DNA from: a virus
Direction: 5' to 3' (one strand)
Length of the DNA stretch: 64,000 nt
IMG/VR virus record: IMGVR_UViG_3300032335_000935
Location: 4,090-68,089 of that record
This document shows, one piece after another, positions 27,742-36,668 of the stretch. Positions within the stretch are counted from its first letter, which is position 1; each line of letters begins with the position of its first letter. The notes under the pieces were generated by a model. It searched no databases and was not told the DNA's origin. It saw only the letters and a program-made list of their open reading frames with translations. The position numbers and the translations under genes are program-made.

Positions 27742-28620
27742 TTGGAGACTAACATGCGTTATTTCATCGCGGCCATGATCTGGTTGGCTGCTGTCTGTGC
27801 TCAAGCACAAACCATCACAGTACACATTCCTTACAGCAAGACCGGCAATGCACAAGCCACCACTCGACTGCTGTTGGACGGCCTGGAACAGCGGGGCTGG
27901 CGCTTTGACGAGCGTGTGACCAGCAATCCAGTGTTGAGCAAAGAAACATTTGCCAATGCCCGTGAGCCCATGTTGTTGCTGTGGGGCACTGATCTTGTGC
28001 CCACTCGCGCACATGCTGGCTATCGCCCAGTGCCTGCACCACAAGAACTGGTAACTGTGACTTACGTGATTCCACGCTACATCTGTGCTGCCAACAACAG
28101 CAATGTCAACCTCATTACCACTGAACAGTTTGTGAGTCGTGATCGTGTGTGGACCATTGGAGTCACTGTGGTACCAACCGAAGAACGTTACATACAAACC
28201 CTAAATCAGCACTTGGGCACACGTCACCGCATTGTGAAGTATACCAACAGTCGCGAACTCGAAGCCGCAGTGGCAGCTAGAGAAGTTGATGTGGTCATGA
28301 CTTCCATTGGATTGAGACTGGAACAACAGAATCGAGCACGTTGCTTCTACAACACCAGCCAGTATCGTGTGGGCTCAACTCCCTTGATCACTGACCATCA
28401 TCCTCACATGCTGCCTCGTAACTTTGCTGCTGTGAGTTATCTTGTGGCACGTGGCATGGATGCAGCCACCATGGCTCGCTTGCGTCAGGATACCTTGGCC
28501 GTACAGCGTGAGTACCAGCCCTATGTGGACTATCTCAAACGCAACTTCAATCCCGAAACACCCTTAGCATTGGATCAACAACTGCGTATCATTCAAGAAC
28601 TTGATGGCAACACTCCATGA
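27742..28620 (+). CDS. secreted/periplasmic solute-binding-like protein (TctC-like?)
   Basis: N-terminal signal peptide MRYFIAAMIWLAAVCAQAQ; translationally coupled to permease. Confidence 0.4.
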   Translation: METNMRYFIAAMIWLAAVCAQAQTITVHIPYSKTGNAQATTRLLLDGLEQRGWRFDERVTSNPVLSKETFANAREPMLLLWGTDLVPTRAHAGYRPVPAPQELVTVTYVIPRYICAANNSNVNLITTEQFVSRDRVWTIGVTVVPTEERYIQTLNQHLGTRHRIVKYTNSRELEAAVAAREVDVVMTSIGLRLEQQNRARCFYNTSQYRVGSTPLITDHHPHMLPRNFAAVSYLVARGMDAATMARLRQDTLAVQREYQPYVDYLKRNFNPETPLALDQQLRIIQELDGNTP

Positions 28621-29921
28621 ACCCTGAATGGTTGTTGTTGGCCGCTGCGCCCATGATTGGTGTTGTGATTGGTCTCATGCCAGCCCTGGGCGCACTGTTT
28701 GTGATGCTGATGCTGTATCCCATGCTGTTGCATGTGACCCCTTGGATCGTGGTGGTATTCTATGCCATGATCATTGCAGCACGTGATTTTTCAGGGTCAG
28801 TGGCGGCCTTGGGGTTTGGCATGCTGGGCGAAGTCAGTTCAGGTCCGGCACTGCGTGAACGTGCTGCCATTCTGGAACATGGTGGCAGTCGTCAGGCCTT
28901 GATTGACACCATGTGGGCCAGTCAAGTGGGTGTGATCACTAGCACAGCATTGCTTATCATGGCTGTGACCCTGGGCACTTCAACTGCGTGGTTGTTTCGC
29001 AGTGATGTGCAGGCTGTGTTCATGATGGTCACATTGCTGTTCTTGTTGGCCTGGGCCAATCAGGCCTGGTGGAAAAATGCTGTGCTCATGATCTTGGGCT
29101 ATGTGATTGGTGCTGTAGGCTACAACATGCGCACCAATTCTGACTTCCTGACCTTTGGCAACATGTATCTCATGGGTGGCATCCCTGTATTGCCTGTGAT
29201 CCTGGGCATATACGCTGTACCAGTGATGTTGAGAATCGCCGGCACTGCACCGCCGGGCGATCCTGCGCCCATCACACAGACATGGACTGTGGGTAGATCC
29301 TGGTTCAGCATGTTGCGTGGCAGTGTGATTGGCTCAGTGTCTGGGCTCATACCTTATGTAGGCTGTGTGGTAACCAGTAACTTGGCGCACTGGACAGAAC
29401 GTTGGTTCAGCCCACGTTGGAATCTTGATCACAGCCTACGCAGATTAAGTTCGGCCGAAGCGGCCAACAATGCTGCACATGTTACCAGTCTCATACCATT
29501 CATTGTCATGGGGCTGGCAGTGCAACCCAGTGAACTGGTGCTGTTGGAAATCCTACACACTCAAGGAGTGAGACCACAAGATGTTGCGGGACTTGTGTTT
29601 GCTGTGGCCGGGGGCGTGGCAGTGAGTGCCTTGGTGGCCGGGTGGTTGTGCAGTCATGTGGTATCACAGTTGATGGCCTGGTTCCAACGTTGGTTCCGTG
29701 CCATTGTGTCTGTGTTGGTGGTGGCCTTGATCGCCAATGTGGCCTGGATTGGCTGGAGTGCAGACCAAACTGTGTATTATCTTGTGACCTTTGCTGTGAG
29801 CATGCTGGTGGGCCTGGCATTGCATCGCCGAGTAGATGCCTTGCCCTTGGTGTTGGTGTTGCTGCTGCAAAATCATCTAGATATTGTGTTCCCTAGAATC
29901 TATCAATTTTACCTATCATGA
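28617..29921 (+). CDS. integral membrane permease, TctA-like (two internal repeats)
   Basis: many TM helices; GVVIGLMPALGA and GSVIGSVSGLIPYVG resemble the duplicated G-rich motifs of TctA. Confidence 0.45.
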   Translation: MNPEWLLLAAAPMIGVVIGLMPALGALFVMLMLYPMLLHVTPWIVVVFYAMIIAARDFSGSVAALGFGMLGEVSSGPALRERAAILEHGGSRQALIDTMWASQVGVITSTALLIMAVTLGTSTAWLFRSDVQAVFMMVTLLFLLAWANQAWWKNAVLMILGYVIGAVGYNMRTNSDFLTFGNMYLMGGIPVLPVILGIYAVPVMLRIAGTAPPGDPAPITQTWTVGRSWFSMLRGSVIGSVSGLIPYVGCVVTSNLAHWTERWFSPRWNLDHSLRRLSSAEAANNAAHVTSLIPFIVMGLAVQPSELVLLEILHTQGVRPQDVAGLVFAVAGGVAVSALVAGWLCSHVVSQLMAWFQRWFRAIVSVLVVALIANVAWIGWSADQTVYYLVTFAVSMLVGLALHRRVDALPLVLVLLLQNHLDIVFPRIYQFYLS

Positions 29922-30994
29922 TCAAACCCATTGTTCAAAAAATTCAACCCACAGCTGACTATGTGAGTCCACACTATCAAGTGGGCAATCGAGTGTTCTA
30001 CAGCAAACTAGCTGCCTTGACTCATTGTGATCGAACGAGCGTGGAGTGGCCCACGTTTCGTGTGTGGCCGCATGAACAAGGCCATGCCAGACCACAGGAG
30101 ACATTTTGGCAACTGGCCGTAGCGGCTGCTGAACAACTAGGTCGTGAGCACGGTGCTGTGAGACTGTGGTACAGCGGCGGATCGGACAGTCATGCTGTGC
30201 TGGAAGCATTGTTGCAGGCCGGCCACCCCCCAGCCGAATTGGCCATGTATCGACGTTTTGTGGGCGCAGTGGACGACACTGTGAACGTGGAAGTGGATGT
30301 GTTTCCGGTGCGAGAGTTTGCTCAAAAGACCATGGCCCGCTACGGTGCGGAGATACCAATTCGGGTGTATGATATCCTGCCCGACCACTTTGAGTGGTAC
30401 ATGCAAGATCCCGGCCAGCGTTGGTTCCGACACAAAACCTGCTGGCCCACCAGCATGAATGCTGTGGTGTGTCATGAAGTGTATCCTGAACTACAGACCG
30501 ACGGCTTAATCAACGTGGGCGGTGGTGCCACACCCACAGTGCGGGATCGCAGCTTTCACTGGGTAGATGCTGATTTCAATCTCAATTTCATGACTCCAAG
30601 ATTTGTGCACTTTTTCTCGGACCCACGTTGGCCCGAACTGTCAGCGGCCTATGCTTACGGAATCTATGACTGCGGTCAACGCGGCATCACCAACATTCGC
30701 GATGTCAAGCGTGAACTGGGATTTCCGCGGTTGGAAAACATGCTGGATCGCAAATGGATCTGGCCACATGTAAACGGTGAGGTCACCATCAAGAATGACT
30801 GGCGTCACTGCAAGAAAGAGCAACTGTTGTTGGCCAATGCGTTTCTCAGTGACCAAGGTCAGCAAACCTTGGATCGCATGCAAGCCTATCTTGTCACGTT
30901 GGCCAAGAATCGTCGCTGGTTCAACCAAGGCGACATTTTTCAAGACTTTGTGGGATCGGTCAGTGAAAGCCATGCTCTGGAAGATGTGTTGTAA
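29918..30994 (+). CDS. PP-loop superfamily ATP pyrophosphatase (QueC/TilS-like N-domain)
   Basis: VRLWYSGGSDSHAV = SGGxDS PP-loop. Confidence 0.5.
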   Translation: MIKPIVQKIQPTADYVSPHYQVGNRVFYSKLAALTHCDRTSVEWPTFRVWPHEQGHARPQETFWQLAVAAAEQLGREHGAVRLWYSGGSDSHAVLEALLQAGHPPAELAMYRRFVGAVDDTVNVEVDVFPVREFAQKTMARYGAEIPIRVYDILPDHFEWYMQDPGQRWFRHKTCWPTSMNAVVCHEVYPELQTDGLINVGGGATPTVRDRSFHWVDADFNLNFMTPRFVHFFSDPRWPELSAAYAYGIYDCGQRGITNIRDVKRELGFPRLENMLDRKWIWPHVNGEVTIKNDWRHCKKEQLLLANAFLSDQGQQTLDRMQAYLVTLAKNRRWFNQGDIFQDFVGSVSESHALEDVL

Positions 30995-31186
30995 AAACCA
31001 CAAAAAGGACAACAAAATTCTTGACTTTTGTCAGCAAGGCATATATACTAACACTATGACGACGCAACTGATCAACCTGAATTATTGCCCCACAATAGCT
31101 TATGAGAGCGATTGTGAGCCTTCATTCATGGCTTGGACTGCGGCGGGTGCAGTTATCAAGTAAGCACAACAACAAACAACCAAAGA

Positions 31187-31214
31187 CCCGCACCTGATGC
31201 GGGTTTTTCTTTTT
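31187..31214 (+). terminator. intrinsic terminator
   Basis: cccgcacctgatgcggg + tttttctttttg. Confidence 0.7.
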
Positions 31215-31218
31215 GTGC

Positions 31219-31247
31219 TAGACCAAAATTCAGTAGAGTGCTATAAT
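31219..31247 (+). promoter_or_regulatory. sigma70-like promoter (TAGACC-N17-TGcTATAAT)
   Basis: extended -10 tgctataat 31239-31247. Confidence 0.5.
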
Positions 31248-31317
31248 AGAAACAAGTCGAGAAAGACAGCAAAGTTTGTAAAGACCCTGCAACAAGGCGG
31301 GGCTTTTACAAAACAAG

Positions 31318-31346
31318 TTGACCAGTATAGCACTTGATGTTATACT
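31318..31346 (+). promoter_or_regulatory. sigma70-like promoter TTGACC-N17-TATACT driving ~320-nt leader into tRNA array
   Basis: ttgacc 31318-31323, tatact 31341-31346. Confidence 0.5.
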
Positions 31347-31673
31347 AGCGGCTTGATTGAGAAATAGTTGATCACAGCTACTTCCAGTGTTCTTTAACAA
31401 GTTACAGTTATTTTCATATGGTGCTGGGTTTGCCCAGCTACTATATGCAAACACATTAGGGTTACCTAGTCCGTTAGGGGTGAACAAAAGGCTGATTCGA
31501 GCCGGATACCCATGAAGCAGGAGGGTCCTAGAGTATGGCGAGACACCATCGAGCCAAAGGGTAAGGACTATTAAACTCCAGGAAGGCGGCGGAACTACTA
31601 GGCCCGTAATGAGGTCTTGATGCAAGTTGGTGATGCGTGTCAAGAACTTCCCTAATGTGGTTGCATATAGTAT

Positions 31674-31745
31674 GCACGGTTCGTCTATCGGTTAGGACAC
31701 GGCCCTTTCAAGGCCGGAAGACGGGTTCGATTCCCGTACCGTGTA
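31674..31745 (+). tRNA. tRNA-Glu (TTC)
   Basis: anticodon stem cggcc/ggccg loop ctTTCaa; T-arm acggg-ttcgatt-cccgt; CCA encoded. Confidence 0.75.
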
Positions 31746-31756
31746 CCAAGTTCTGT

Positions 31757-31831
31757 GGTGCGGTGGCAGAGTGGCCCAATGCACGGGATTGCAAATCCTG
31801 AAAACCGGGGGTTCAAATCCCTCCCGCACTT
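31757..31831 (+). tRNA. tRNA-Cys (GCA)
   Basis: acceptor ggtgcgg/ccgcact, loop ttGCAaa, T-arm ggggg-ttcaaat-ccctc, CCA. Confidence 0.7.
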
Positions 31832-31840
31832 CCAAGTCAT

Positions 31841-31926
31841 GTAGGTTGTTCCCCATTGCCGGCTGTAACCCGGTAGGCATTGTCAAGTGGGGTGGTTGCC
31901 AAGTGGTTCGATTCCATCAACCTGCA
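31841..31926 (+). tRNA. tRNA-Tyr-like (GTA), aberrant D-arm, possible pseudogene
   Basis: 6-bp anticodon stem tgccgg/ccggta loop ctGTAac; acceptor gtaggtt/aacctgc + CCA; no clean D-arm. Confidence 0.4.
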
Positions 31927-32003
31927 CCAAATTTTTCATAGGAGAGTGGCAGCGAGCCTACTCTTAAACGACTGGCCTCCACAGCGTCCTGGAACTTGTA
32001 CAT

Positions 32004-32085
32004 GGACAGGTGGGTGAGTGGTTAATACCAGCAGACTGTAAATCTGCCGCCTCCGGCTACGCTGGTTCGAATCCAGCCCTGTCCA
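32004..32085 (+). tRNA. tRNA-Tyr (GTA), type II
   Basis: acceptor ggacagg/cctgtcc, loop ctGTAaa, long variable arm, T-arm gctgg-ttcgaat-ccagc. Confidence 0.8.
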
Positions 32086-32093
32086 CCAATTTT

Positions 32094-32166
32094 GGTCTCA
32101 AAGTGTTCATGGACGCACGACGGCTTGTCACGCCGTAAGAGTGGGGATCGTTACCCCCTGGGACCG
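32094..32166 (+). tRNA. tRNA-Asp-like (GTC) with variant T-loop ATCGTTA
   Basis: acceptor ggtctca/tgggacc, anticodon stem acggc/gccgt loop ttGTCac, T-arm tgggg-atcgtta-ccccc (A54/U58). Confidence 0.55.
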
Positions 32167-32175
32167 CCAAGTCAA

Positions 32176-32247
32176 GGCTCGTTCATATAATGGTCATTAT
32201 CCCGGATTGTCTATCCGGAGATGGGAGTTCGATTCTCCCACGAGTCG
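32176..32247 (+). tRNA. tRNA-Asp (GTC)
   Basis: acceptor ggctcgt/acgagtc, loop ttGTCta, T-arm gggag-ttcgatt-ctccc, CCA. Confidence 0.8.
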
Positions 32248-32274
32248 CCAGGACATTGGTGTAAATAATACACA

Positions 32275-33231
32275 ATGAAATTACTAATAACTTTTGGATG
32301 CAGCTGGACTCATGGCGTTGGGGTCAATTACGAGCCAGGCATGTCAAGAAAAGAATTCAAAGCGGATTATTGGAACCCTGCTTATCACGATCAATACAGT
32401 TTTCGAGCATTGCTGTGCCAGGAGCACAACATGCACAACATAAACTTTTCTGTAGGTGGTAGCAGCAATCAGGCGCAGTTCAGATTGGCTGAAAATTTTT
32501 TTTCGTGTCTTAAATTTGCAGAATATCAAAAAGAGTATTCTGAGATTGTAGTATTGTGGGGTATTACCTCAGTTTTTAGAAACGAAATATATTACAATCA
32601 GGAAAAAGAATCCAAAAGTTATTTTTATACCGACGAGTCTTTGCTGAGCAAAGTCATAGTCAGTGATCACTTTGATCCACAATATGAGATGAGTTTGTTG
32701 TACCAAAAAATTATTTTTTGGAACAAATTTTTTGATCTCATGGGTATCAAAAACTTGTGGGTCGATACGTTTAATCATCACAACTATGTTTTAAGGCCCC
32801 CGACACATGTCATGGAGTCCTATCAGCAAAATGCTGGCCCGTCGTGGCCCAGTTGGGAACAGTTTATTGCAGGAGATCTGTCCAGTACTGATATTGAAAC
32901 TCAAGAGGAAATTCTTGACAAAAATCGCTGGGTGTTTTATAGATATTTCTATGATCCTGGACTAGACAGAATTTTTAAAGGGCCAGGGGCCGGGCCACGC
33001 GATTTGTTGAGTCAAATGGCCATACAGCATGGTATGTCTGTCATGGACAATCGCTATCACTTGTCAACTTGGCAAGATGATTGCAATAGAATCACACATC
33101 TAACCAAACTTGGACTTTTGAATCCCTATTCAAATCATCCCACAAAGTTAGGGCATAGATGCATTGCTGATTTGTTGTCCAGTACATTACCAATCAATCG
33201 CATGGAGTCAGATGAGAAGTCAGTCTCATAA
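32275..33231 (+). CDS. SGNH/GDSL-like hydrolase family protein (paralog D), embedded in tRNA array
   Basis: MKLLITFGCSWTHGVG and C-terminal LGHRCIADLL; RBS absent, AT-rich. Confidence 0.5.
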   Translation: MKLLITFGCSWTHGVGVNYEPGMSRKEFKADYWNPAYHDQYSFRALLCQEHNMHNINFSVGGSSNQAQFRLAENFFSCLKFAEYQKEYSEIVVLWGITSVFRNEIYYNQEKESKSYFYTDESLLSKVIVSDHFDPQYEMSLLYQKIIFWNKFFDLMGIKNLWVDTFNHHNYVLRPPTHVMESYQQNAGPSWPSWEQFIAGDLSSTDIETQEEILDKNRWVFYRYFYDPGLDRIFKGPGAGPRDLLSQMAIQHGMSVMDNRYHLSTWQDDCNRITHLTKLGLLNPYSNHPTKLGHRCIADLLSSTLPINRMESDEKSVS

Positions 33232-33625
33232 GCTCTACCCCGACGGTTTGAATCCAGTACGGGTCGCCAAGTTTTGTCATAGTGTAATGAGAATGCACGG
33301 GATCGCCACATAAGTCTATGCCGAAAGGCAACACTAGTATTCTAGTGCAACAGCGGTGGAACAAGGTTCAGGTACGGTAAAAACCCGTAACGACATATAA
33401 GTTTTGAGAGTGTCAGCAAGAGAATGTCACGCTGTCTAGGTAAGTTCGAACTACCAAAACAGTAGAAGGTCGCGGGTTCGATGCCCGACGGATCGGAAGA
33501 TCCGGGTGCATGATGGCGCACAGACTGGACCGGTATCCCAAGTGACGTACCGAGTCCCAGCCGGCCTTGATTAAAAGGGTGAATGGTTCCTATAACGATG
33601 GGGGAACTACTCTCAAATTCACAAC

Positions 33626-33697
33626 ATCGCATTCGACTTCAGGTGAGGTCAACGGGCTTTCAATCCGTGTAGAGGGGATCGTTACCCCTATGCGATA
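33626..33697 (+). tRNA. tRNA-Glu-like (TTC) with variant T-loop ATCGTTA
   Basis: acceptor atcgcat/atgcgat, anticodon acggg/tccgt loop ctTTCaa, T-arm agggg-atcgtta-cccct, CCA. Confidence 0.6.
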
Positions 33698-33705
33698 CCA
33701 CTTTT

Positions 33706-33794
33706 GCCTCTGTAGTTTAATGGTAAAACAGCGGATTTATATCCCGTGTGCAACAGATAATTGGCCAATACAGGTTCGACTCCTGTCGGAGGCA
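33706..33794 (+). tRNA. tRNA-like, 89 nt (anticodon candidate TAT or GAT; extra hairpin/insertion), possibly tRNA-Ile
   Basis: acceptor gcctctg/cggaggc, D gttt/aaac, T-arm acagg-ttcgact-cctgt, CCA; anticodon arm ambiguous. Confidence 0.45.
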
Positions 33795-34039
33795 CCAACA
33801 GACCATTTTGGTCAAATTGATCGGCCTGTGTCAAAAACTCAATGACGATGGGCCCAACTGCTGGGGACCAATAATTGGATCCAGGGCCTCTGGGATTAAG
33901 TTCAAGGCTGTTAGTCACAGTCGAACCATGTGCCTGGAAGGAAGTGAGCGCAGACTTGTGTTCAGTACCTTTAAACACAAAGCAGTAGGCAGATCAGTTT
34001 GTCCAAAATAGTTTGACAACAAAACGCATTTGTCTTACA

Positions 34040-34530
34040 ATAGATACTTGGGGCAGTTTATTGTCCTGCGCAGTATGGTTCGCCCAGCTGTGCAAAGAAT
34101 AACTGGGGTGACCCAGCCAAAGGAGGTAAGCCTACGCAACTCCGCCAGCAATGGTTCGTGTAAACAAGCCTGCTCAGGTCCGCGAGGATCCCTTCACTGA
34201 GAAGACCGGTGGAGGTAACAATGACGCTGGGAGTATAGGAAAGAACAGTGGCTTACCGGCCCGCAAGGGTAACCGGAGTCGCTGGAAAGTAACAGGTGGT
34301 GCTGACTTCTATACAAAACCAGCCCAGTTAATTGGTATGAGAAAGGGTAGCGTACAGGTCCGAGAGGTTGCACTCAAGGGCTTGTGCGCAGTTTTAGTGG
34401 TCAGTGGAGGTACGCGAAAGCCGAGACCCGACACAGATCGCAAAAGACGGTTGAGTAGTCCGCAAGACCAAAGACACGTGGTGAGTTGTATTGTGCAGTC
34501 CAAAAGATTGTTCAGCAACTGAGTCAGCTC
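34040..34530 (+). ncRNA. candidate structured non-coding RNA (~0.5 kb; GNRA-tetraloop hairpins; group-I-intron/RNase-P-like?)
   Basis: no credible ORF (34151-34522 ORF is low-complexity Arg/Gly-rich); motifs cccGCAAggg, tccGCAAga, gcGAAAgc. Confidence 0.3.
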
Positions 34531-34540
34531 ATCGCAGTAG

Positions 34541-34612
34541 GTTGTTATAGCACAATGGTAGTGCATTTCTCTGTTAAAGAAACGGCTGAAGGTTCAACTC
34601 CTTCTAACATAC
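34541..34612 (+). tRNA. tRNA-Asn-like (GTT) with imperfect acceptor stem (possible pseudogene)
   Basis: D gcac/gtgc, anticodon tttct/agaaa loop ctGTTaa, T-arm gaagg-ttcaact-ccttc; only 5/7 acceptor pairs, no CCA. Confidence 0.4.
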
Positions 34613-34953
34613 AAAAACGCAAAGACTGACTCGGTCATATGTGAAAAGCATCTAATACTTGACTGGCAACAGAATCAAGTCCAACGTAGCTCGCAAGGTG
34701 AAATTGGTTTATGCAGGAAGTTTCGTAAGGTGTTAGCGCACTTGAATGGCTCGCAAGGTCAACGGGATAGAAAGCGTAGAATAGCATGTGACGACAAGCC
34801 TACTGCCTGGCTTTAAAAACGGCGATGCTGACAGCAGACTAGGTTACATAGCAATATGGATCTAGTGGAAGTCGAGAGAAGCTAGACTCGCAAGGTGTAG
34901 CGTAATGCTCGAGGTGTTGTTGGCTTAAGGTGTATTCTCAACCTTAGGCACTA

Positions 34954-35028
34954 TCGTAAAACACATTGCATGAATGGATACAATCTGTAGGCATACAGAA
35001 GAAACAGAGCAGGTAGTGTGTTTTACGA
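34954..35028 (+). repeat. 12-bp perfect inverted repeat pair (tcgtaaaacaca / tgtgttttacga) enclosing ~50 nt, just upstream of a tRNA-like gene
   Basis: arms 34954-34965 and 35017-35028. Confidence 0.6.
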
Positions 35029-35036
35029 TGGTTCAT

Positions 35037-35111
35037 GGCTGGGTACCAGAGAGACTCAATGGCTGCGCCTGCAAAGCGTTTGATTCGTAGGTTTGAATCC
35101 TACCCCAGCCT
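35037..35111 (+). tRNA. tRNA-like (anticodon uncertain, possibly GCA)
   Basis: acceptor ggctggg/cccagcc + CCA, T-arm gtagg-tttgaat-cctac; weak D/anticodon stems. Confidence 0.4.
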
Positions 35112-35138
35112 CCAACATAAATAACTGTAACTGATTGT

Positions 35139-35210
35139 CGCGCGGTGGAGAAGTGGCAACTCATCGGGCTCATAACCCGAAGATCGGGGGTTCGAATCCC
35201 TCCTGCGCAA
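35139..35210 (+). tRNA. initiator tRNA-fMet (CAT)
   Basis: C1-A72 mismatch, anticodon stem tcggg/cccga (three G-C) loop ctCATaa, T-arm ggggg-ttcgaat-ccctc, CCA. Confidence 0.75.
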
Positions 35211-35264
35211 CCAAAATTTGGCGTGTTGTATAAATACAACACATGAAACAAAATCATTTAGTGG

Positions 35265-35293
35265 TTGACAACAATCACTAAATACTGTACAAT
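35265..35293 (+). promoter_or_regulatory. sigma70-like promoter TTGACA-N17-TACAAT
   Basis: ttgaca 35265-35270, tacaat 35288-35293; followed by 46-codon ORF/sRNA ending near ccggggttttt. Confidence 0.5.
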
Positions 35294-35709
35294 AGGACTT
35301 ATGATGAAAACTGTAATTCATTCACTGTTGACCAAACCCACAATGCTCCAGACAGCTTCTGCCTGGTCACGCGGTTTTGCGAGCGTGAATAGCATTCCAG
35401 GAGTGTCAGGGTCCGAAGGTGGCGGTTACGCATAAAGTGTAACTAACAAATTCAAAGGACCCTGGAACTAACAACTCCGGGGTTTTTCATTTAGTGCAAT
35501 AGGGAACGCGACCCTGCCGGCACTGTAAACATTGGCTTAATGTGGGCGGCCTACCGGATGGTAAGTTCCAGGCGATAACTGGAATGTGTAAAAAGGTAGT
35601 GTATCGAAGCATTCTCTATCCTTCGGCTCCCTGGCACAAGGGCCAGGGCAAGGAGACACGTGGGTTCACCCATGAAGAGTGCTTCGATACACGCATTGGC
35701 AACAGTGCG

Positions 35710-36324
35710 TTAAGAAGTTTTTTTGGTCTTGAGGTCAAGACTGAACTTGAAGCTGTAGCGAACTTGATCAGTGTCGTTCATGCCACAGTGCCTGGCTCGG
35801 TCAGTGTTGATGATCATCCAGCCCTGTCCTGGTGCTGACGGTGCTCGCAACAGGTGTCCGTGCTGACCAGTATCAAACCAAGTGCTGTGCAAGGCATTGT
35901 CCTCGTGAGTAAAGTAGATCATGCCAAATGCCACTTGATTGCGACTGTCAACGTGCCAGGGATGTTTGCAATATCTGGCCGGTGTGGCCACCCAGTTGCA
36001 CTGAAGTTCAGTCAAACTGTCAAAGTACTCGCGCTGAGGGTTACCCCAGGCCATGCAGAACTCTTCATTGTCAAACAACAATGACAGCAGGCGTTGCTTG
36101 AAATCGGCTGTGAAATGTTTTTGAAACACACTGAGCTGAGTATCATAAGGAGCGCAGTACGTGGCCAAGCACATCACTGCAAATTGATCTTGACCACCAA
36201 TGGTTGGTTCCGAACGCCAACCTAGATTTTCTAATTCTTGATGCATGTGACTCCAGCTGGCTGGTGGATCCTGTGTGTCAACAAAGTAAACAATGTCAGA
36301 TGCGGGTGTGAATGTAACTTGCAT
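35710..36324 (-). CDS. hypothetical protein (possible Fe/2OG-oxygenase-like HxD..H)
   Basis: start trimmed to MQVTF at 36324 because ORF 5' extension overlaps tRNA-Trp. Confidence 0.4.
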   Translation of the reverse strand: MQVTFTPASDIVYFVDTQDPPASWSHMHQELENLGWRSEPTIGGQDQFAVMCLATYCAPYDTQLSVFQKHFTADFKQRLLSLLFDNEEFCMAWGNPQREYFDSLTELQCNWVATPARYCKHPWHVDSRNQVAFGMIYFTHEDNALHSTWFDTGQHGHLLRAPSAPGQGWMIINTDRARHCGMNDTDQVRYSFKFSLDLKTKKTS

Positions 36325-36338
36325 GTGGTATTTAATGT

Positions 36339-36409
36339 ATCTCGCTGGTGTAATGGCAGCATGTCGGTCTCCAAAACCGTTGGTCGGGGTTCGAGTCCCT
36401 GGCGGGATG
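36339..36409 (+). tRNA. tRNA-Trp (CCA)
   Basis: acceptor atctcgc/gcgggat, loop ctCCAaa, T-arm cgggg-ttcgagt-ccctg, CCA. Confidence 0.75.
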
Positions 36410-36419
36410 CCAATTTGTT

Positions 36420-36494
36420 GGGGTGTAGTGTATTCTGGTACTAGCACATGTGGCTTTGACCCACATAGATTCGGTTCGATTCCGGACACCCCTG
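36420..36494 (+). tRNA. tRNA-Gln (TTG)
   Basis: anticodon stem tgtgg/ccaca loop ctTTGac, T-arm ttcgg-ttcgatt-ccgga, CCA. Confidence 0.65.
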
Positions 36495-36505
36495 CCAAGA
36501 TTCTT

Positions 36506-36577
36506 GGGCTGTTAGTGATAATGGGAGCACGAGGCCTTTGCACGGCTTAGGTGGGAGTTCGATTCTCCCACGGTCCA
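36506..36577 (+). tRNA. tRNA-Ala (TGC)
   Basis: acceptor gggctgt/acggtcc with G3:U70, loop ttTGCac, T-arm gggag-ttcgatt-ctccc, CCA. Confidence 0.8.
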
Positions 36578-36586
36578 CCAAGATAT

Positions 36587-36657
36587 TCCCCGTTAGCTCA
36601 AAGGTAGAGCACTCGACTGATAATCGAGCGACCGAGGATCGTTACCTCGACAGGGAA
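36587..36657 (+). tRNA. tRNA-Ile-like (GAT) with variant T-loop ATCGTTA
   Basis: D gctc/gagc, anticodon ctcga/tcgag loop ctGATaa, T-arm cgagg-atcgtta-cctcg, one acceptor mismatch, CCA. Confidence 0.55.
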
Positions 36658-36668
36658 CCAAGTTTTCG

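Noticed and set aside
31230-31643. 137-aa minus-strand ORF over the promoter/leader upstream of tRNA-Glu
   Set aside because: Overlaps two consensus plus-strand promoters and the leader; no RBS; likely spurious
34151-34522. 123-aa plus-strand ORF in the tRNA array
   Set aside because: Translation is low-complexity Arg/Gly/Lys-rich with no start context; region has GNRA hairpins and looks like structured RNA, so not called as CDS
35542-35838. 98-aa plus ORF overlapping the minus-strand gene 35710-36324 and intergenic DNA
   Set aside because: Antisense overlap with a better-supported ORF, no RBS
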